Shown piece after piece: positions 19,101 through 30,400 of a stretch of DNA of 64,000 nucleotides. The stretch comes from a bacterium. Lineage in GTDB: Bacteria > RBG-13-61-14 > DATKZS01. How positions within the stretch are numbered: position 1 is the first letter of the stretch; every line of letters starts with the position of its first letter. The notes below the pieces were generated by a model. That model was not told the origin of the DNA. It was given only the letters and a program-made list of their open reading frames with translations, and did not search any database. The translations under genes were made by a program, and so were the position numbers. The DNA is taken from contig CAXXFL010000006.1 in the NCBI GenBank assembly GCA_963674965.2, positions 800,001-864,000 on the forward strand, read 5' to 3'.

Positions 19101-19985
19101 TTACACTGAAATCGTCTCTTTCTCTATGATTTCCCTGAATTCACTCAATAATTCTGGATAGTTCTTAAACAAATATTTCTTAACCTTGGAGTTGTCTAGT
19201 ATACGCTTTAAATACTTGCGGTATATGGCGACTTTAAGTGTGTTCTCGGCCAGCGAGTCGTCAAGCAGGCGATACTTTCGCTCCAATGTTTCCAGCTCTT
19301 TGCGCAACTTTGCCATATCAGCCAGTGTGGTCTCTTTCCCTTTTATTGGTTTGCCTGAATCAACCATTAGTTCCGGCGCAGTGGCCAAGACCTGTGCCTC
19401 CACGTACTTTGCGCTGAAATAGTTCAGCCGAACCAGCGTCTCAGCAATCTCTATCTGCCTAATGGGCTTGACTTTTTTTAATAGCTTGAGAGTCTTTACG
19501 GCAACCTGTTTATCTTTCAGCATATCCACCGCTTCCGGGCAGATGCCGTTCACTATATCCCTGCGCTCGCGAATCCTTTTTACGTCGACATTGAGAGTTC
19601 GGGCGAGTTCTTCCTCTGACAAGCCCTTGCTTAGAGCTTCCACGATCATCCTGTGCTCCTGGATGATGGCAAGGCGGTTGATGTAATAATTATAGCTGAA
19701 GTACTCCTCATCCTTCGCGACCAGGCACTTGGCTTCAGTCCAGCCAAGATCAGAAATCGCCTTATATCTAAGATGCCCGTCCAGAAGACAATAAAAGCCC
19801 TTGCGGCCTTTCTCGGGAAAGACCACGAGTGGCTCGACCAAGCCAACTTCTTTTATGGAGGCAAGAATGCTGTTGTATTTGTTGGAATGACTTGTCGAAA
19901 ACTTGATTGATTTGACGGGAAGTATTCTGTCCAAGGGAAGGACGACCATTTCGCCATTAAAAGCCCATTTGATTTTCTTGCTCAT
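19101..19985 (-). CDS. ParB-like protein with RepB C-terminal domain
   Basis: ILASIKEVGLVEPLVV, LLDGHLR, QEHRMI, GICPEAV, KPIRQIEIAE. Confidence 0.88.
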   Translation of the reverse strand: MSKKIKWAFNGEMVVLPLDRILPVKSIKFSTSHSNKYNSILASIKEVGLVEPLVVFPEKGRKGFYCLLDGHLRYKAISDLGWTEAKCLVAKDEEYFSYNYYINRLAIIQEHRMIVEALSKGLSEEELARTLNVDVKRIRERRDIVNGICPEAVDMLKDKQVAVKTLKLLKKVKPIRQIEIAETLVRLNYFSAKYVEAQVLATAPELMVDSGKPIKGKETTLADMAKLRKELETLERKYRLLDDSLAENTLKVAIYRKYLKRILDNSKVKKYLFKNYPELLSEFREIIEKETISV

Positions 19986-20875
19986 CGCCCGTCAACCCTG
20001 AGGGCTCCATCCGATAGTATGCGCGGCATGTCCTGCAAACCTTCGGCACGCAATAGATTGATAAAATTTTCATCGCCAAGCAGTCGCCGAAAAGCGGCCT
20101 CGATTATCGAGCGGCGGTAGTCAGCCAGTTCAGACTTCTTCACCTGCAGCTTCTGGATTTCGGCCTGCTTTTGATACTCCCTTAGCAGACCAGTTTTGCC
20201 GCCCCCTTTACCGTGAGGATGCTTATGCTTGGTTTTTCCCATCAGCATGCGCTTCTCCGCTATACGCCGCGTCATCCTCAGTTCCTTGCCTTTCAACTCA
20301 CCGTTCTCATAAGCTTCGGTTAGCCAACTCTGCAACTGTGAGTCGTCCAGTTTCATTATTTCCAAAGCAGCGCTGATAGGTATGCGCCCGGAAGCGACCG
20401 CCTCTACCAAACGCTCTTCTCCCTCCTCCAACAACTTCAATATGCTTCTAATATAATTTTCAGTCAACCCAGTTTTATTGGCGATCTCAAGATAACTGTA
20501 TCCGCGGTCCTTCTGCAACAGAAGATTTCCGATCAATTCATAATAACTGCTATGACGACGCGCCAGGTTCTCCACCAGGCTCATCTGCAGACTCCGTTTC
20601 TTGGAAGCATCGATCACGATCGCGGGAATTTCCTTTTCGCCAAGCTCGACAAATGCCTCCAGACGCCCCTGCCCGCACACCAGATCAAATCCCGATTCCT
20701 CGGTTTCACCGGGTTTTCTGCGGCTCACTATTATCGGCCTCTTGATGCCGATCTGGGGCATGCTGCGGACGATCCGGTGGAACTTATTTTTATCCCGAAC
20801 GCGAGGATTGATAACCCGGATCTGTTCGATGGGAATAACCGCGATTGTAAGATCTTCCTGCTTCTTTTTAGCCAT
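19982..20875 (-). CDS. ParB/RepB/Spo0J-family protein
   Basis: NPRVR, GIKRPIIV, LVCGQGRLEAF, MSLVENLARR, HTH, FINLLRAEGL. Confidence 0.9.
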   Translation of the reverse strand: MAKKKQEDLTIAVIPIEQIRVINPRVRDKNKFHRIVRSMPQIGIKRPIIVSRRKPGETEESGFDLVCGQGRLEAFVELGEKEIPAIVIDASKKRSLQMSLVENLARRHSSYYELIGNLLLQKDRGYSYLEIANKTGLTENYIRSILKLLEEGEERLVEAVASGRIPISAALEIMKLDDSQLQSWLTEAYENGELKGKELRMTRRIAEKRMLMGKTKHKHPHGKGGGKTGLLREYQKQAEIQKLQVKKSELADYRRSIIEAAFRRLLGDENFINLLRAEGLQDMPRILSDGALRVDGR

Positions 20876-20877
20876 GA

Positions 20878-22437
20878 TTAAGCCACATCCTCCAGCATCA
20901 CGCGCTCGGCAAGATTGAAGAAATAATTGAGATTGTCAAAACGATACGCGTCCAAGTTAAAGCTGTTCTCTTCAGCCAGGCGAAGTTTACTAGCTGTCAG
21001 GTCGAGAGATGGGAACAGATAATAATCCCTAATTTGCTCATTGCCCTCTTCCATTCTGACCGCAATGGTTATGTCGGGCCTGAGACCCTCTTCAAATCGC
21101 AGCAGCCAGCGAAGGGCCCCGGCTCCTGTCTGCCGACAGCGAGCCAGGGTTAAGGAAACCAGAAGCTCTCGATTGATCAACAGCAGATCCGATTGCTCGT
21201 CAGTCTCCACTTCCGCGCCATGTTCTTCCAATTGATTGATCACCTCAGCGATCGTTTGCGGATACATCTCCCTCAACCGACGATTGACTTCGATGTAACT
21301 GTAATCGATATCCGGGACGTAACCTATCAGCCGGTAAGCCCGCAACAGGCTGCCGAAGCGATGCTGATACGCTGAAGCCGTGGGCAGTGTTTCAGCCTCA
21401 TCAATCAAAATCCCCGAAAGCCTTCCGTTTTTGAGGTAGACATTTTTCAGCTTTTCCAACATCTCATCATCGCTCAACCTCCGACTGCGAGCCAGGATTA
21501 TGCCCCGAGCAGTAAAGAAAGTCTGCGCTTCAATGATCGGCTCAAAGGCCCCATCCTTGCGAATCCATTCCTCAGGCGGATTTTTCACCCTTGCTATTTT
21601 CAGCTTGTACGACTGACGGTTATAAACGTTGTTGCCAATGTACTTTTCATTGGTCAGAATCTGCCGTATGGGACCCCGCTTCCAGGGGCGCTGATGATCG
21701 TTTAATATTTTTCGGTCATTGAAAATAGCGGCTATCTCACCTTCATTCTTGCCTTCATGAACAAAAAGCCGAAACATCTCTCGGACATTTGCCACTTCTT
21801 CGGAAGGGCCGGGAGTCAGAATCACCCGGTCAGTCTGGAGGCTTTTGTGCTCGCCCATCTTCAACTCGCCCTTCACCTGTCCGCTGCTGTCCACCAACAC
21901 TCGACGCAGGCCGTAACCAGCCGTGCCACCCTGGCGAAATCCCAGCTTCACCAGGTTCGACGCGCCATGGAAAACCTTGCCAGACAACTCCCGGCTATAC
22001 TCCGCGGCCATGGAGCGCTTTACTCCTTTGACGATTGTTGAAATGGGGCTGCCGTCGTTTTCAAATAGCTCCGCGCAATATTTGATCTTGACCCCAGCTC
22101 TTTTGCAGACGTATTCATAATGAGCGCTCTCATCCGCATCCTGAAATCTGCCCCAGCGGGAAACGTCATATACCAGTATCTCCTCAAATGCTGCCTGCCC
22201 GCTTTCGACATCGCGCAGAAGCTTCGCGAGAGAATCTCGGCCTTCAATATTCAGACCGCTCTTACCTTCATCAGAATAGATCTCTATAATCTCGTAATTG
22301 TGGTGCTCGGCATACTGTCTGATGATCTCAAGCTGGTTGTCTGCGCTGTATTGCTGATGTTCGGTGGACATGCGCACATAAGCGGCAGCGGGAATGGACT
22401 TGTCGCGTGGCGGCTGTCCTGTTCGGCCGTTTGTCAT
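20878..22437 (-). CDS. Serine recombinase of the recombinase-ParB-ParB trio
   Basis: AAYVRMSTEHQQYS, YSDEGKSG, VYDVSRWGRFQD, AEYSRELS, NEKYIG. Confidence 0.95.
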   Translation of the reverse strand: MTNGRTGQPPRDKSIPAAAYVRMSTEHQQYSADNQLEIIRQYAEHHNYEIIEIYSDEGKSGLNIEGRDSLAKLLRDVESGQAAFEEILVYDVSRWGRFQDADESAHYEYVCKRAGVKIKYCAELFENDGSPISTIVKGVKRSMAAEYSRELSGKVFHGASNLVKLGFRQGGTAGYGLRRVLVDSSGQVKGELKMGEHKSLQTDRVILTPGPSEEVANVREMFRLFVHEGKNEGEIAAIFNDRKILNDHQRPWKRGPIRQILTNEKYIGNNVYNRQSYKLKIARVKNPPEEWIRKDGAFEPIIEAQTFFTARGIILARSRRLSDDEMLEKLKNVYLKNGRLSGILIDEAETLPTASAYQHRFGSLLRAYRLIGYVPDIDYSYIEVNRRLREMYPQTIAEVINQLEEHGAEVETDEQSDLLLINRELLVSLTLARCRQTGAGALRWLLRFEEGLRPDITIAVRMEEGNEQIRDYYLFPSLDLTASKLRLAEENSFNLDAYRFDNLNYFFNLAERVMLEDVA

Positions 22438-22802
22438 TATTTACCTCTCTGAGAAATGTTAATAGAGCTTGTATTTGTTCTCGGCAGAACAGCTTAAGGT
22501 TGGGATGAGCCTGCAAATCTTAAGCGGGTCGCTTTCTGGAACTTCACGCGACCCCGAAATGAGAGTACTGCTCTAAAATAACAACTACACTTGTTAACCA
22601 AAGGCATTTGCTCTCTGTACGGAGAATCTAAACAGAGAGCAACCGTTTACAAAAAACAGGAGGATTGACTTTTGCCAATCCTCTCTAACTATCCTTGGTT
22701 CTTTCCCTTCACTTTTTTTATTAGCAATATTAGCAATCTATAACTTGACCCCAAAGGGGTTTCACTTGTTAACCTCAAACTAAATAGAGCGTGCTATTTA
22801 GT

Positions 22803-22830
22803 TGGCTCCTGGGGAGGGATTCGAACCCCC
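22803..22830 (-). other. 3' remnant of a tRNA (T arm + acceptor strand + CCA), probably tRNA-Asn; putative att site
   Basis: Minus strand GGGGG-TTCGAAT-CCCTC-CCCAGGA-G-CCA; no anticodon or D arm upstream. A GGAG-CCA end is typical of tRNA-Asn. Confidence 0.8.
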
Positions 22831-23046
22831 TGATAAGCTCATTAAATATTCGTATAATCAGGGACAAGAAACCCCTTATCCCGGACAATTTAGTGAAAAA
22901 CCAGGCCAAGATCAAGAAGTTAAAAAATCCTCTCCTGTAAAGGGCCGGACACATACTGTAAAAACCATATCATACGAAGGTAAAATAAAGGACCGTAATT
23001 TTCACGGTTCCGCCCATAACCGGCCCGGATCCGAAAAGGCCATAAA

Positions 23047-23200
23047 TGAAAAGCTTGACTCTAACCTTGCTCTGGTCCTTGATGCTTGGCCTACGCTCCC
23101 TCATGCGATACGGGCAGGGATCGTGGCAATAGTGAGGGCCACGGCGCAACCAGCGCCCACGGGACGGCGCGAAACCAAGGGAGGCAAGGGAGATGCCTAG
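23047..23200 (+). CDS. Short helical ORF or remnant typical of integrative-element ends
   Basis: LALVLDAWPTLPHAIRAGIVAIV motif, commonly seen beside integrase/att ends; true start uncertain. Confidence 0.4.
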
Positions 23201-23314
23201 CCGCGGCCGGATCGCCGCCCTGGGCCGTCCTGGGCGTCCGGTACGATACGGAAATCGGAAAGTGAAGGGGGCAATGCCCACTGCAAGGGAACAAGCTGAA
23301 GCTGGAGGACAAAG

Positions 23315-23977
23315 ATGAAAAAGAAGGACAAGAAGGGACTGGCAAGGACAACGAAAAAGGAAGACGCCAAGCTCGCCGTGACCGCATACACCGACGAGGA
23401 AAGGGCGATCATCTCCAGGGCCGCGGAACGAAGAAATAATCCGCCCCCCAAATACATAGAGGGAGAATCGAAAGGGAGGCATCTGAGTATTGCCCTCCCC
23501 AAAGAGAAACCTCACCTTGTACACGCAAAAATTGCTTTGGCATTGGGGACAGTGGATAATTCCACCGAAACCTTTCTTCTAAATCAAGCAATCCAGAGTT
23601 TCCCCGACTCCGTTCCAGGAATAGACCGCGTGAACATCACCGCGGCGCTGATGTATGGAATAGCGCCTGATAACGAGGTGGAGGGAATGCTCGGCCTTCA
23701 GATGGTCGCCACCCACAACTTGGCGATGGAGCTATTGGGCCGCGCCATGAGATATGATTGCTGGGACGCGACCCGCGACGGCGTCAACATGGCCACGAAG
23801 CTGCTCCGGACTTACAAGGCCCAGATGGAGGCCCTGAACCGGAACCGGGGCAAGTCCCCAAGCCAGAAGGTGACGGTCGAGCACGTCCACGTGAACGCGG
23901 GCGGCCAGGCCATTGTGGGCAACGTCGAGAGAACGCCCACCGGGAGGGGGAAGGAGGGGGGTGATGCCAAAAAGTGA
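23315..23977 (+). CDS. Conserved hypothetical protein of integrative elements/phage satellites
   Basis: EGMLGLQMVATH and QKVTVEHVHVNAGGQAIVGNV motifs; GGAGG ribosome-binding site; precedes an HGGxSTG gene. Confidence 0.8.
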   Translation: MKKKDKKGLARTTKKEDAKLAVTAYTDEERAIISRAAERRNNPPPKYIEGESKGRHLSIALPKEKPHLVHAKIALALGTVDNSTETFLLNQAIQSFPDSVPGIDRVNITAALMYGIAPDNEVEGMLGLQMVATHNLAMELLGRAMRYDCWDATRDGVNMATKLLRTYKAQMEALNRNRGKSPSQKVTVEHVHVNAGGQAIVGNVERTPTGRGKEGGDAKK

Positions 23978-24314
23978 GGAACCACCCCTTGCTATGCACC
24001 GCGCGCCACGGTGCGGAGCTAAATGCAAGCGCACCGGTCTCCCATGCCGGATGCCGGCCATGGCTAACGGCAGATGCTTTCTTCACGGCGGCAAAAGCAC
24101 GGGCGCAAGGACGGAGGCGGGCATGGAACGTTGCCGTAAAGTCAACGTAAAGCACGGATTCTATTCCCAGGAATCAATGGCAAGGCGCCGGGAAATTAGG
24201 CGTTTTATAAGTGAGTCCAAAAAATTACTGAGACAAATAGAATCCAAAGCACTCCAATCAGGAAACCTCGATGATAACCCCATCGAACCGCCTTTCTTTA
24301 AAAATAAAACGTGA
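23964..24314 (+). CDS. HGGxSTG domain protein
   Basis: RCGAK..RTG.PC...AM.NGRC.LHGGKSTG...KHG; ATG at 23964 with AAGGAGG upstream. Confidence 0.88.
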   Translation: MPKSEEPPLAMHRAPRCGAKCKRTGLPCRMPAMANGRCFLHGGKSTGARTEAGMERCRKVNVKHGFYSQESMARRREIRRFISESKKLLRQIESKALQSGNLDDNPIEPPFFKNKT

Positions 24315-24494
24315 AGTTCCCCTATAATCCTTGGGGGACCCATTAAAATCCCGGAACTTCCCCTAACAGGAAGGGAACAGAAAGTGGCAGAAATAACTTT
24401 ACGCCGGTTTCCCGGATGCAATCTCTTCCCACCAGCTTTCTGACTATTCCTCCCATCTTTTATGTAGTATCACCAAACATCGCTCTACCAATAT

Positions 24495-27400
24495 TTACTC
24501 AGCGGCAGTTACGCTCTTCGCCTGCCAGATGGTGAGGAGTCTAGCGAGGTCGATGAGGACGTCTTCAACGTCGGCTTCCTCGATGGCGTTCACCTCGGCC
24601 ATGGCGTCAAGGATGTAATCGATGGCGTCCTCGGCTCCCTCCTGGTCGTCCTCCAGGTCCGGTGTGATCCGCGACAGGTACGCGAGGGCGTCGTCGCGGC
24701 GACAATCGTCCTGGCAATGACCGTTGCCTCCATGACCACCGTTGCCACCATGGCCGCCATTACCACCGTGGCCCCCATTCCCACCATTACCGCCGTTTCC
24801 GCCGCCGTGGCCGCCTCCACAACGGTCGTCCATTTCCCGATCGTCATCGCCGCCTGTGAAGGGATATAAGTTATAGAGACCAAAGCCTCTCGGTTCGATA
24901 TTTTGAAGGCCGTCACCGTACCCTAGAGTCTGGTAGTAACCAAGATATCCGTAAGCTCCCTCGTAGAGGCCGCGATTGCCGTGACCGCCATTACCGCCGC
25001 CGTTTCCACAGCCTCCATCTCCGCAATTGCAATCGCCGCAGCCGCCGTATCCGTGACCATAGCCGCAGCAACCGCCATGGCCACATCCGCAGTCGCCGCA
25101 TCCGCCGTTGTGCCCCTGGCAGCAGTCGGGGATGGGGAGGTCATCGAGCTGGGTCTCGATGGACGCGATTAAATCCCAGGAATCGGTGGACAGGTTTATC
25201 GACGCGCTCAAGCCGTCGCAGAGATGGAAGGTCCCGCCGGTTAAGTAGGACGCCTCGGTAACCGAGCTGTAATCGCCGACAAGGTCGGGGAACCTGACTC
25301 GGAATTGCATGCTGGCCATCACGTTCATCTCCAGGTACCTGAGCCAGGTGATCTTGTCCGGCAGAATGAGAGAGCCGTCCGAAGCCCAAACCGTCTCGAG
25401 TTCCGGGGCCGGATACTCGTCAATCCGATAATGGTCGTCGGAGCCCAGGTTGGTCACGTCAAGCGAAACCGAAACCACCCCAAGAGGCGACACGGTCGAG
25501 ACCGCCGGAGTAACGTAGTAAACGCTGTCAACGAGAAGCTGGTCGATTACGACCTGGTCGTCGCAGTCCACCGCCGCCGGGTTGAAGGAGTAGGACAGAA
25601 CGCGACCCAGTCCTTCCGAGTTGAGGGCCGCGCCGGGATCGTAATCGTGACCCTGACACCTTCCATCGGTGAAGTAACCCATGGCCTCGGCGTCGAGCAT
25701 CTCCATGTTCACGGCCGACTTCTTACCGATGACGGTAAAGGACACGGAGGGAGTGAGGTCGGAATCGTACATCGTGACCACGTTGATATTATTGGAGCGC
25801 CTTCCCTCCCAATGCACGCCGAGAAGGTCTCGCGCCTGGGGCAGTTCCTCGGGGAAATTCTTGAACGCGATCATGCCGTCTCCGGCAAGCACGCGTCCCC
25901 AAAGCTCGTAGTTGATCTCGTCCGTCTTGCCGACGTTCACCACGATGAATACGTTATAAAGGCCGCTCCTCATCTCGGCCAGGAAGTTGTCTTCCTCATA
26001 GACCGCGAGGTGTGGGACCTCCATGTCCGTCAGCACCGCGCCAATCCAGGCCCCGACCTCGTCCGGGTCCATGCTATGTTTCTTGCCCTCGCGGAGCCAG
26101 ACCAGGACCCAGGGAGACGGGTCGGTAACGTACTTGTCGATCTCCAGGTCGCAGGTCCCGACCTCGGTCGATATCTCGAACGTCAACGAATCGTCGGCGG
26201 AGTTGCCCGCCAGGTCCACGGCGTGAACGGCAAGCAAGTAGACCCCGTCCTCCGTAACCGGCGTGTCGCTCGCGAAGGGAAGCCCGTTTAACGTGATTTC
26301 ATGGTGGTCATGATGCAAGTCCGTCACCTCGACGTGGGGTATCACCTGCGAGTCGTAAGTCACGCCATCCGTAACGCCGGTAATGAGAATGGTCGGCGGA
26401 GTCTTGTCGATGACCACTCCGGACACGGTCTCCTCGACCGAGTTGCCCGCGCAGTCCCAGGCCTCGATGACGACGGTATAGTCGCCCTCCTCGGTCAGGG
26501 TCACCGCCGCCAAAGGCTCGGCCGAAGACAGGGTCGAGCCGTCCTTAACGACAGTGACCATCGAGGCCGTCAGATTGGCGTCATCGGCTTCGGGCGTAAA
26601 GGTTACGTAGTCGTTGTAGTAGCCGGAGGCAACGTTCGCCGTCACCGCCGGGGCCGTGAGGTCGATAATAACCGGACCGGCCTGAGCCGTAACCGAGTTG
26701 CCGGCAAGGTCCATGGCCCAGCCCGAGATTATATAGACGTTCTCGGCGGAAAGCGTGACGCTCTCGCCAAAGGCATGTTCGTCAACCGTCGCCCCGTAGG
26801 ACACCCTCACCCAACTCTGGGACGCGTTGGCCTCGGTCAGGGTCGGAGTGAACGTCAGGGCCTGGTTGAAGCAGCCCGAGGTGACGCCAAGGTCGATCTC
26901 GGGAGCGCTTTTGTCGATGGTGAAGGTCATATCGACCAGTGCCGCAGTGTTCCCAGCCAGGTCCGCCGCCTCGGCGTGGAGCGCGTACGAACCGTCATCG
27001 GTAAGCTCGATCGAAGTATCCATGCCGTAGGCCAGGGCGTTGATCTCGAGAGCCTCGCCCGCCGGATCGCGGTTAGCGTCGTTGACCGTCCCCTCGAGCG
27101 TGACCCCGGCGCCATAGAACTCGCCGTCGGAAACGCCCGTAACAACTATCTCGGGCTTGGTCTTGTCAATGACAACGCCGGACACGGTTACCTGACTTGT
27201 ACGACCGGTGCAGTCCACGCCTTGAACGACCACGGTATAGGTCCCCTCATCCGCGAGCACAACGGTGGAGCCGACCTCGGTCTCGATTACGGTCGTTCCA
27301 TCCATATAGACGGTGATAGGAGCGTAAACCAGGTTCGCGTCCAGAGCGGTGGGGTTGAACTCCACGTCATGGTTGTAATAGCCGGACGTGACGTCCGCGT

Positions 27401-30400
27401 TTACCTCCGGGGCGATCAGGTCTATCACCATGGGGCCGACGAGGACGGTCTTTTCATTGCCCGCGAGGTCCTTGGCGTAGCCCTCGATGTAATAAGCCGT
27501 GTCCTGGTCGAGTACCAATGAATCGCCAAAGTCGAAGAGGTCAGATGCCGCGCCATGGAAAACCGTCAGTCGGCTCTCCGCGAGATTGTCCTCCTCCAAA
27601 GTGGGCGTCGTCGTCTGGACGGTCCCGTAGCAGCTTGGAGCGATGCCTATATCTATCGTCGGTTTGGTTTTGTCGATGGTGAAGGTCAAATCGATCGGTG
27701 CCGCGGTGTTCCCCGCCAGGTCGGTGGCTTCAAGAATGAGAGAGTATTCGCCATCGTCGCCGATAAATATATCGGCGTCATACGCGTTGGCCTCAGCGTT
27801 AATTAAGAACGCTTCGGATGAAGGGTCGCGGTTGACGTCAATGACGGTAGCGTGAAGCGTGACGCCGGCGCCGTAATAACCTTCATCCGAGACGCCGACG
27901 ATGGATAAAATGGGCTTGGTTTTATCGATGACTATCGGGGCAACCTCGAGGTAAACGTAATTACCCGCTATATCGGTAGCTTCCAGAATAAGCGCGTACG
28001 AGGCTTCCTCCGCCAGCGTAATTTGATCGCCAAAGTTTGTGCTTAACCAGGTACTTCCGTCCTTGAGCACGACCACGCCGCCGGAGGCTTCAATATTGTC
28101 GGTGACCGAGGGAGTGAACGTAAGGTCCTCGTTGTAATATCCCGCCTCGGCGTCCGGGTCGATAAGTGGAGGTTGCATGTCTATTCCGAACTCGATAACC
28201 TCGTAGGCTAAATTATCCGCCTCATCCACGGCGTAAACCTCGAGAGCGTGCCATCCATCTCCAATGGGGGAGCCGGGAGCGTACTCGGCTCCGTCCAGGT
28301 AACACGCGAAATCCGCCACTTCGGACAGGGAGTCCTGAATATCGATCAGGGGAACGACCTCGGAGTTCGCATAAAGGTCGGCCATGACCCCGGTAATGGC
28401 TATAACGGGTGGAGTAAAGTCCAGGGTGAACTCGGAGGAAAGAGCGGCCGTATTGCCGGCAAGGTCCTCGGCGTAAAGAGATATTACGTGTTCGCCCTCA
28501 TCCATGACCACGTCCCCGGCTTCGACCGACAGGCCGTCAACCGTCGAGCTTGTATTACTGAGGTTTTGGTCCTCCGCGCTAAAAACCAGATCGACCGGAT
28601 AGCCCCATACAAGGTGGTCCTCCGGTGAATAAAGCGTAATGGTCGGCTTGATGGTGTCGACCGCGGTAAAGACGGTTGACGCGTCCATCAAGAAGCCGGG
28701 ACCCGACGCGAATACCGCGCCGAGTTGGTGTTGTCCAAGGCCGGATATTTCTTCGGAATCGAGAGTGACCGCGTAGGCGGTCTCCCCGTAAAGATGGATG
28801 GAGGCGGAAACCACGGTCGTCCCGTCAAGGAGTATGGTCAAGTCCCCCGTGACGTCCCACCCGAACAGGGTTACGAGGCAGGACGCCCCTTCCACGCGGC
28901 TTTCATATTCGGCCTGATCGCACGAGACGCCGACTATGCCATAATCAGCCACGGTGAATTTAACCACCTCGACCGACTTGGCGACGGACATGGCCGTATC
29001 CGCGTATAGCGTGGCGTAAAGCTCGTGTTCTCCAAAGGTTTGGGCTGAAAATGACCGCGGGCCTCCATCGAGATCGGATATGCCCGGCTCGAGGGAGGCG
29101 GACGCCGTCCCGAGCGCGCTTGTCACGCCATCCGGGTCCTGGACCTGAAACTCGACCGCGCCGTCCATGGATATGGCGCTATCGATAATCAGGTGAGCGG
29201 CAATCTCGTCGTCCATGAGGTACACGGACTTGTCAGTTTTCAGGTCCACGATGGCTACGTCGTCGTCAAGCACCTGATAGCGGTACTCGAGATCATATCC
29301 CATGAAGACGTAATCGATCATTTGCGCGCCGGCGACCTGGTCCGCGGGCAACTGGAACTGGACCGACTCGGGCGTATCCGGCTCAAGTGAAATCTCCCAC
29401 TCCACGCCGCCGGAAAGCGCCGAGATATCCATGGTCCCGCCGAAAAGCGCCTGGGCGACGACGGTGACCGTGTCTCCGGGGTAGTAAGCCGGCTTGTCGG
29501 TATAGAGGCTCACGAGGATATAATCCTCCTGGATGAGAACGAAGCCGGCGGCCAGTTCGGGACCTTCGTCCTGATGACGGATGGTAAACACGGCCCTCGG
29601 GTCGGTCATGTCTCCAACCGGGATTTCGAAGGTAACCGCGTTGGAGTCGGCGTCGAGGATGAAAGGTAAAACGTATTCATTCCCGTCGTAATCCACCGCC
29701 GCCTCCAATGGAGCGCCTGATATGCCGTTCCGATTGATAACGTCGATGGTCATGGACGCGGCGTCGTCCATCGCGTAATTCGCCTTGTCCAGGCTCGCGG
29801 AGGCCTCGATGGAGAGCCCTTGTATGGTTATTGGAATCGTTCCGGTTGACGGCGTTCCCAGTTCTCCCTCACTCGTTGAAATTTCGAATTCAAGGGAGGT
29901 AACCGTGTCTCCGGCCGTATAGGGAATGGAAACGGTCGCGGCGCCCATGGCGGTATCGCCGGGGAAGATATAAAGCTCGGCCGAGTCGTTCAGTCCCAGG
30001 TTGGGACAAAAAACGGCAAGGGTCGCGACGCCCGACTTTTCTCCCGAGTTCTCGATGAGGAGCGCGGCCTCGATATCGTCGCCCGCGTTGGCCGTAAGGC
30101 TTGAAGGAGCAAAGGCCACCCGGAAAACCGGGCCTCCGACCTCGAAGGGTATCGTTTGAGAGGCCACCTCGTTTCCGATCAAGTCGGATACGGAAGCCTC
30201 GAGTTCATGCGATCCGGTTTCCGCGTCGTCAAGATACATGACGCCCGAATACTCGAGGGATTCTCCCGCCGCCAGGGAGACAAAGAAATATTCCGACCAA
30301 AAGGAGGTCTCGAGGCTCACAAGGCCTTGGAAATCGTAGCTCGAGTTGTTGGTCACCAGGGCCGACGCCTCGCGCGCGCCGTCCTCGGAGTCGCCGAGGG

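Noticed and set aside
22770-22900. Intact tRNA gene
   Set aside because: Only the T arm and 3' acceptor strand are present; no D or anticodon arm.
22802-23046. N-terminal part of ORF 22802..23200 (MAPGEGFEP...)
   Set aside because: This is the usual antisense translation of a tRNA 3' end, not a real protein start.
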